Notes under the pieces: model-generated | The model's database searches: none | What the model saw: the letters and a program-made list of their open reading frames with translations, nothing else | Told to the model about the DNA's origin: nothing | Made by a program: the position numbers and the translations under genes | DNA from: Vulcanimicrobiota bacterium | GTDB taxonomy: Bacteria; Vulcanimicrobiota; Vulcanimicrobiia; Vulcanimicrobiales; Vulcanimicrobiaceae | Direction: 5' to 3' | Assembly (NCBI GenBank): GCA_963833095.1 | Contig: CAWHWQ010000002.1 | Span: 1 to 64,000 of the forward strand | Length of the DNA: 64,000 nt | Shown: positions 57,834 through 64,000 of the stretch, in pieces | Numbering within the stretch: position 1 is the first letter of the stretch | Layout: the number at the start of each line of letters is the position of its first letter

Positions 57834-58537
57834 CGTCGCTGGCGCTCGCCGTAGACCGTGAGCGCTTGCGTGAACGTCGTCTCGTCGAAATCGGGCCACA
57901 TCACCGGCAGCGTGAGGAGTTCGGTATAGGCAAGCTGGTAGAGCAAGAAGTTCGACACGCGGTGTTCGGCGCCGGTGCGAATCAACAGATCGGGATCGGG
58001 CGCATGCGGCGCGTACATTTGAGCGCGCAGCTTGGCTTCGTCGATGTCCTGCGGGGCGAGGCTTCCGGCGGCAACTTGAGCAGCGACCGCTTGCACCGCG
58101 CGCACGATCTCGCTGCGTCCGCTGTAATTGAGCGCGAGCGCAAGGGTAATGCGCGTGTTCGCTTTGGTTGCGTTCACTAAATCGCGCAGCGCCGAGCGCG
58201 CGGGCAACGCGAACGCATCCAACTCACCAATGATTTCGACACGCACGCCCTGGCGCAGGAGATCGGGCTTTTCGGTGCGCGCGCACGCTGCGTAGAGCCC
58301 CATCAACAGGCTCACCTCAGCCGATTCGCGCTGCCAATTCTCGGTCGAAAAGCCGTACGCGGTGACGCGACGCACGCCCGCTTGGGCGCCGGCCCGCACC
58401 GCTGCCCGAAGCGCGGACACCCCGCGGCGATACCCTTCAGCGATCGGCAAGCCTCGCTCGCGTGCCCACCGGCGATTGCCGTCCATGATGACGGCGACGT
58501 GCTGGGGAGCGGCTTCGGGAAGGCGGGCTTGCAACAT
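57821..58537 (-). CDS. uppS: Polyprenyl diphosphate synthase
   Basis: IMDGNRRWA, FSTENW, PDLLIRT, SNFLLYQ. Confidence 0.95.
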   Translation of the reverse strand: MLQARLPEAAPQHVAVIMDGNRRWARERGLPIAEGYRRGVSALRAAVRAGAQAGVRRVTAYGFSTENWQRESAEVSLLMGLYAACARTEKPDLLRQGVRVEIIGELDAFALPARSALRDLVNATKANTRITLALALNYSGRSEIVRAVQAVAAQVAAGSLAPQDIDEAKLRAQMYAPHAPDPDLLIRTGAEHRVSNFLLYQLAYTELLTLPVMWPDFDETTFTQALTVYGERQRRYGA

Positions 58538-58611
58538 ATTTCACTTTGTACCACAAAGTAATGCCGGCCCGCAAGAGCGCGCCCGCGCCTTCGCCAACTC
58601 ACCGCAGCACC

Positions 58612-61600
58612 ATGAGTCAAGGCTATTACCGGTACCCGACGATTTCGGGCGATCGCATCGTCTTCGTTTGCGAGGATGACCTTTGGAGCGTCGCCGCGAC
58701 CGGAGGGGTCGCGACGCGTTTAACGGTGAGCTTTGGCACCTGCGTGACACCGCGGCTCTCGCCTGACGGCAGCACGATCGCTTTCATTTCAAACGACGAC
58801 GGCAATCCGGAAGTCTACGTCATGCCGGCGGGCGGCGGCAAACCGCAGCGCTTGACCTTCCTCGGCTCGACCATCGCGCAAGTCGTCGGCTGGAGCGCCG
58901 ATGGACGCGACATTCATTTCGTCGCCAATCCGCGCGCCTGGTACGAAGGCGAGACGCGCCCGTTCGTGATTGCGCGGGACGGCGGCGAACCACGCGACCT
59001 GCACCTTGGACACGGGCGCGCGTTTTCCGCAGGCGCGAGTGGCGCACTCGTCCTCGGGCGCAACGCGGTCGATCCCGCGCGCTGGAAACGCTATCGTGGC
59101 GGCACGGCCGGCGAAGTTTGGATCGACCCCTCGAGTCGCGGCGATTTCGAGAAGCTCAAACTGCCCGACGGGAATCCCGCGTGGCCGATGTGGATCGGCG
59201 AGCGCATCTATTTTCTGGCCGACCATGAAGGCATCGGCAACATCTATTCGTGTGCGCTCGACGGTAGCGACGTGACGCGCCACTCGAATGAGAGCGAGTA
59301 CTATGCGCGCTTTCCGTCGACCGACGGCACGCGCATCGTCTATTCGAGCGGCGGCGCCATTAGTGTGATCGATCTTGCAGGCGACACCGCAACGCAACTC
59401 GAGATCGATGCGCCCTCGCCCGAACCGCAAACCGTGCGTCGTTTCGAACACGCCTCCGAAGGGCTCGAGCACTTCGCACCGAGTCCCGATGGGACGCGCC
59501 TCGCCTTCATCGCGCGCGGCCAAGCATTTACCATGCCGCTCTTCGAAGGCGCCGTGCTTCAGCATGGCGGCAGCAGTCGCGTGCGCACGCGGCTGACTGA
59601 GTGGCTCAAGGACGGCAAGCGCTTCGCCTGTGTGACCGACGGCAGCGGCTTCGAGCAGATCGCCGTGCAGCGCGCCGACGCTGCCGACGAAGCGAAGATC
59701 ATTACGTCGGGCGATATCGGCCGGGTCACCGAGCTGGCGGTCTCACCGGCAAGCGATATCATCGCGTTTGCGAATCATCGCCACGAGCTTTGTACGATCG
59801 ACCTCGACGACGGGAAGGTGCGGGTGATCGATACCAGCCCGGCCGACCGCGTCAGCGACCTCGCGTTTTCGCCCGACGGCCGCTACATCGCGTACGTGTG
59901 GTCGCCCACACGCGGCGCGTCGATCATTCGCGTGGCCAAGGTCCGCTCGGGCAAAGTGCACGATATTACCTCGCCGCTGCGCATCGACCACTCGCCGGCC
60001 TGGGATCCGCAGGGGAAATATCTCTATTTCATCTCCTCGCGCGACTTCCATCCGGTCTACGATGCGCTGCAATTCGACTTGAGCTTTCCGCAGGCGCAGC
60101 GGCCGTTCGTTGTGACGCTCCGTAGCGACGTGCCCTCGCCGTTTGTCCCGCTACCCCGGCCGATTCACCGCGACCACGACCACAATCACGATCACGACGA
60201 CGACAAGAAAGCCGAGAAACCCGAAGAACTGCGCATCGACATCGACTTCGACGAGATCGCCGGCCGCGTGCTCGGCTTCCCGGTCGAAGAGGGTGAGTAC
60301 GATCAACTCGTAGCCGTCAAAGGCCGCGTGCTCTACACGCGCTTTCCAGTCAAGGGCATTACGAATTCGCGAGATGACGACGAGGAAGCGTCGGGCGGCG
60401 GCACGCTGCTCGCCTACGATTTTGATACGCTGCGCCAAGGAACCGTCGCGAGCGACGTGAGCGAGGTCCGTCTCGGCACCGACGGGCGCACACTGTTGTA
60501 TCGCGCGCACGAGCGTTTGCGCGCGATCGATGCCACCGCCGATCTGGGTGACGACGAACCCGAAAAGCCGGCGAACGACACGGGGCGCAAAAGCGGCTGG
60601 ATCGATCTCGATCGGGCCAACGTCGAAATCGAGCCGCGCGACGAATGGGCGCAGATGTATCGTGAAGCGTGGCGTCTTCAAACGGAGCAGTTCTGGGTCG
60701 AAGACATGAGCGACATCGACTGGGATCGCGTCTACGACCGCTACAAAGCGATCCTGCCGCGCGTCCGCACGCGCACCGAACTCTCCGACGTAATCTGGGA
60801 GATGCAAGGCGAACTCGGCACCTCGCATGCCTACGAGTACGGCGGCGACCATCGCATCCCGCCGCAGTATCAGCGAGGCTTTTTCGGCGCGGATCTGGCC
60901 TGGGACGAAGATCGTTCGGGCTACCGGATTACGCGTATCTACCGCGGCGATTCATGGAATCGCAGCGAGGATTCGCCGCTCGCCGAGCCGGGTCTCGACA
61001 TCCACGAGGGCGACGTACTGGTCGCACTGGGGAATAAGCGGCTCTCACGCGAGGTCTCGCCCGATCGCTTGTTGGTCAATGGTGCGGGCAAAGACATCTC
61101 GGTGACGCTCCGCACCCGCAAAGACGAAGAGCGCACGGTGCTCGTCAAAGCGCTTGCCAACGAGTCGCTGCTGCGCTATCGCGCATGGGTCGAAGCCAAT
61201 CGCCGCTACGTTCACGAGAAAACCAACGGCCGCGTAGGCTACATTCACATTCCCGACATGGGACCGTGGGGCTTCGCCGAGTTCCACCGCGGCTATCTCA
61301 ACGAGTTCGACCGCAAAGGGCTCATCGTCGACGTGCGTTACAACCGCGGCGGGCACGTCTCACCACTCTTGCTTGAAAAGCTCGGGCGCAAACGCGTCGG
61401 CTACGATGTGCCGCGTTACGGAACGGCGATTCCCTATCCACCCGAGTCCGTGGCCGGCCCGATGATGGCGATCACCAATCAGTTTGCCGGATCCGACGGT
61501 GACATCTTCAGCCACTGTTTCAAGCTCTACAAGCTTGGGCCGCTGGTCGGCAAACGCACCTGGGGCGGCGTCATCGGCATCAATCCGTACCATCATCTGG

Positions 61601-61845
61601 TCGACGGCACGCTCACCACGCAGCCGGAATATTCGTTCTGGTTCTCCGACGTCGGCTGGAAAGTGGAGAACTACGGCACCGATCCCGACTACGACGTGGA
61701 CTATGCGCCGCAAGATTATCGCGACGCGCGTGATCCGCAGATGGATTTCGCGTTGCGCATGATGGATCGCGCGCTCGAGTACACAACGGAGTTACGCCCC
61801 GACCTCTCGACCCGCCCGTCGCTGCCGCTCCCGACGCTGGTGTAA
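58612..61845 (+). CDS. Tricorn protease (S41)
   Basis: Beta-propeller repeats, WKRYRGG, GELGTSH, DVRYNRGG, AGSDGD, KRTWGG. Confidence 0.95.
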   Translation: MSQGYYRYPTISGDRIVFVCEDDLWSVAATGGVATRLTVSFGTCVTPRLSPDGSTIAFISNDDGNPEVYVMPAGGGKPQRLTFLGSTIAQVVGWSADGRDIHFVANPRAWYEGETRPFVIARDGGEPRDLHLGHGRAFSAGASGALVLGRNAVDPARWKRYRGGTAGEVWIDPSSRGDFEKLKLPDGNPAWPMWIGERIYFLADHEGIGNIYSCALDGSDVTRHSNESEYYARFPSTDGTRIVYSSGGAISVIDLAGDTATQLEIDAPSPEPQTVRRFEHASEGLEHFAPSPDGTRLAFIARGQAFTMPLFEGAVLQHGGSSRVRTRLTEWLKDGKRFACVTDGSGFEQIAVQRADAADEAKIITSGDIGRVTELAVSPASDIIAFANHRHELCTIDLDDGKVRVIDTSPADRVSDLAFSPDGRYIAYVWSPTRGASIIRVAKVRSGKVHDITSPLRIDHSPAWDPQGKYLYFISSRDFHPVYDALQFDLSFPQAQRPFVVTLRSDVPSPFVPLPRPIHRDHDHNHDHDDDKKAEKPEELRIDIDFDEIAGRVLGFPVEEGEYDQLVAVKGRVLYTRFPVKGITNSRDDDEEASGGGTLLAYDFDTLRQGTVASDVSEVRLGTDGRTLLYRAHERLRAIDATADLGDDEPEKPANDTGRKSGWIDLDRANVEIEPRDEWAQMYREAWRLQTEQFWVEDMSDIDWDRVYDRYKAILPRVRTRTELSDVIWEMQGELGTSHAYEYGGDHRIPPQYQRGFFGADLAWDEDRSGYRITRIYRGDSWNRSEDSPLAEPGLDIHEGDVLVALGNKRLSREVSPDRLLVNGAGKDISVTLRTRKDEERTVLVKALANESLLRYRAWVEANRRYVHEKTNGRVGYIHIPDMGPWGFAEFHRGYLNEFDRKGLIVDVRYNRGGHVSPLLLEKLGRKRVGYDVPRYGTAIPYPPESVAGPMMAITNQFAGSDGDIFSHCFKLYKLGPLVGKRTWGGVIGINPYHHLVDGTLTTQPEYSFWFSDVGWKVENYGTDPDYDVDYAPQDYRDARDPQMDFALRMMDRALEYTTELRPDLSTRPSLPLPTLV

Positions 61846-61849
61846 GCCT

Positions 61850-62026
61850 TTGTCATCCCGAGCGTAGCTGCGAAGCAGCGTAGTCGAGGGAAGCGCCACC
61901 CACATGTTGCCCGCGAAGACGCTCCTCGCGGCACGTCGTGTGCCGCTCATGCTGCGCGAGAGCCTTCGCTTAGCAGCACGTGCGTGCCGGTCCCTCGACT
62001 TCGCTTCGCTATGCTCGGGATGACAA
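61850..62026. repeat. REP doublet / MITE-like inverted repeat
   Basis: TTGTCATCCCGAGCGTAGC..AGTCGAGGGA (61850-61891) is inverted with TCCCTCGACT..GCTATGCTCGGGATGACAA (61991-62026). Confidence 0.85.
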
Positions 62027-62130
62027 GAACATCAGCATTGTGCTACCGTCGGAGTGTTTGAGGTATCAGGTCCAACAGACACATCGAAGCGCGCGAGGCG
62101 TCGCAGTAATGCGACGCCTCGTTCTTTCTC

Positions 62131-64000
62131 TTAGCGTAAGTACTTGTCGAACCAGCCGACCGTGCGCGTCAGAATATCGATTTGATTCTTGGGCTGACGC
62201 GGGCCGTGGCCCTCGTCGGCGTACACGACAAGTTGCGAGGGCACGCCGAGTGTTTGCATGGCGTGATAGAACTCGAAGGCCTGCGGCGCCGGCACTTCTT
62301 CGTCACGCTCGCCTTGAAGGATCAGAATCGGCGTGTGCGAGTTCTTGATGAACGTGATCGGTGAACTCTTCGCGTAGACCGCGGGATCGTCGTAGACCGA
62401 GGCGCCGAAGAACGGGATCATCCACTGATCGATCTTGTTTTGGCCGTAGTACGACTGCCAGTTCACGATGCCGGCGCCGCCCACGATCGCCTTGAAGCGC
62501 GTCGTCTGCGTCTCGGCCCACATCGCCATATAACCGCCATAGCTCCATCCGAACAGTCCGAGGCGATTCGGATCGATCGGCGCAGTGGCAATCGCGGCGT
62601 CGAGGCCGGCGAGATCGTCGCGCCAATCGCCGTAGCCGAAGTCCTTGATATTTGCCCGCGTAAACCCTTCGCCTTGGCCGTAGCTGCCGCGCGGATTGGG
62701 CTCATACACGAAGTAGCCGCGCGCGGTAAGCGCCGCGACGAAGCGATAGTCATACGACGGCGTCCATTCCGACGACGGGCCGCCGTGAATGAGCGCGATC
62801 ATCGGATACTTCTTGGCCGGATCGTATTGCAGTGGATAAATCAGCCAGCCTTGCACGGTGTATGGATCGCTCTTCCACGTGAGCGAGACCGCTTTGCCGT
62901 AGAGCTTTGGCACGCCGGCGTTAGCTTTGGTCACCTGACGGAGACTTGTCGGTATTCCCGCCCAGATTTCGGACGGCGTTGCAAACGACGTGCGCACGAG
63001 CGCAATCTGCGAACCGTTCTTCGCGATCGTCAGGCTGCGTAACGATTCTTCTCCGGCAAGCAGCGTGGTCGTCGAACCGCTGCGCGGATCCAGGTCGAGC
63101 AGATGCAACGCGCCGAGCACATGAGCTACGAGGACGATCCGGTTGGCCTGAATCCAATGCAAATCGGCAACGTTGAAGTTCGCATCCGGCGTGACGTCGC
63201 GCGAATCGCCGGTCTTCGCGTTGACGACATAGACGTCGCCGCCAACCGGCCCGAAATCGCTCATCAGCCCGCCGACGATTGCGATCTGCGTACCGTCGGG
63301 CGACCATTGCGGATCGTTGATTTGAAATGTTGGCGCGAGCAAGTCGTGCATCGCACCGCCACTCGCGGGCACAGTCGCAAGTTTGGCCACCCACCAGTTG
63401 TTGTCGCCGTTACCGCGCGCATACGTGCAGGCGAAGCGCGCCGAATCCGGCGACCACGCGTATTCGTAGACGTAGTCGGCACTCGGCGTTACCAGCGTGA
63501 CGGCGCCGGTTGCGGCATCGACGGTCGCGATCTGCTGTTCATCGGTCACGGTGCCGATCACACCGACGTCGCGTGCGCCGGCTGCAAGCGCGCCGGCCAT
63601 GCGATGCGGATGCGCGATGTAGAGAAACGCGAGGTGCTTCCCGTCGGGCGACCAGGTGAGACGCTGCGGAAGGCCGCCGAGAGCCGCCAGAAGACGAACG
63701 TTCCTGCCGTTTGCGTCGGCAACGTACAAGGACGGGCGTTCTTTGGTGCGCGCGTCGGCAAGAAATGCGAGTCGCGTCCCGTCGGGCGACCACGCCGGAA
63801 AGGTCGCTTCGGCCGGTGACGCACCGGCGGCAATCAATTGCGTCCGCCGATGGGTAATGAGACTTTCGACCCATACGCTGTTGGCATGATGAAGCGTTTG
63901 TCCCCACGCGACGCGTGTGCCGTCCGGCGCGATCGCGACATTACTGTAATCGGTGAGATTCTCGGTGATGCGCAAGACATCGCGCATCGAGGGCGCGGCC
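62131..64000 (-). CDS. S9 prolyl oligopeptidase/acylaminoacyl peptidase, 5' end outside window
   Basis: HGGP, GWSYGG, GERD, EGHG; WSPDG propeller repeats. Confidence 0.95.
   Translation of the reverse strand, partial: AAPSMRDVLRITENLTDYSNVAIAPDGTRVAWGQTLHHANSVWVESLITHRRTQLIAAGASPAEATFPAWSPDGTRLAFLADARTKERPSLYVADANGRNVRLLAALGGLPQRLTWSPDGKHLAFLYIAHPHRMAGALAAGARDVGVIGTVTDEQQIATVDAATGAVTLVTPSADYVYEYAWSPDSARFACTYARGNGDNNWWVAKLATVPASGGAMHDLLAPTFQINDPQWSPDGTQIAIVGGLMSDFGPVGGDVYVVNAKTGDSRDVTPDANFNVADLHWIQANRIVLVAHVLGALHLLDLDPRSGSTTTLLAGEESLRSLTIAKNGSQIALVRTSFATPSEIWAGIPTSLRQVTKANAGVPKLYGKAVSLTWKSDPYTVQGWLIYPLQYDPAKKYPMIALIHGGPSSEWTPSYDYRFVAALTARGYFVYEPNPRGSYGQGEGFTRANIKDFGYGDWRDDLAGLDAAIATAPIDPNRLGLFGWSYGGYMAMWAETQTTRFKAIVGGAGIVNWQSYYGQNKIDQWMIPFFGASVYDDPAVYAKSSPITFIKNSHTPILILQGERDEEVPAPQAFEFYHAMQTLGVPSQLVVYADEGHGPRQPKNQIDILTRTVGWFDKYLR

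Noticed and set aside
60170..60205. GACCAC-like microsatellite in the tricorn gene
   Set aside because: Encodes an in-frame His/Asp-rich linker; ordinary low-complexity coding sequence.

Overview
GC-rich bacterial chromosome segment. Gene content and style suggest Candidatus Eremiobacterota/Vulcanimicrobiota, but this is inference only. Two parts. (1) About 1-16,000 is an accessory island. It holds an MqsR/MqsA-like toxin-antitoxin pair with its operator, orphan antitoxin-like HTH genes, and a divergent switch: a four-winged-helix protein and an excisionase-like gene on either side of two tandem operator-like repeat arrays. A structured leader and a SWIM-zinc-finger DDE transposase follow, then a run of candidate anti-phage genes (HEPN-like, PD-(D/E)XK/NERD, HNH, PIN-like, glycine-zipper membrane protein, CX5R phosphatase). 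The island ends at a tRNA-3'-like fragment plus AT-rich palindromes near 15,931-16,004. (2) About 16,045-64,000 is mostly core genes (eno, ndk, birA, acpS, nnr, ligA, uvrA, uvrB, prs, rplY, pth, glmU, gltX, a B12 acyl-CoA mutase pair with isobutyryl-CoA mutase residues, meaB, uppS, peptidases). Two stand-out loci sit in the core part: an apparent split chemoreceptor operon (a sensorless MCP flanked by two Cache receptors lacking the signalling tip) and a lipoprotein with a C-terminal glycine-zipper toxin-like module followed by a small immunity-like gene. Many genes, including essential ligA, carry 1-nt indels, most likely consensus errors, so frameshifted coordinates are approximate and frameshifts are not treated as biology.
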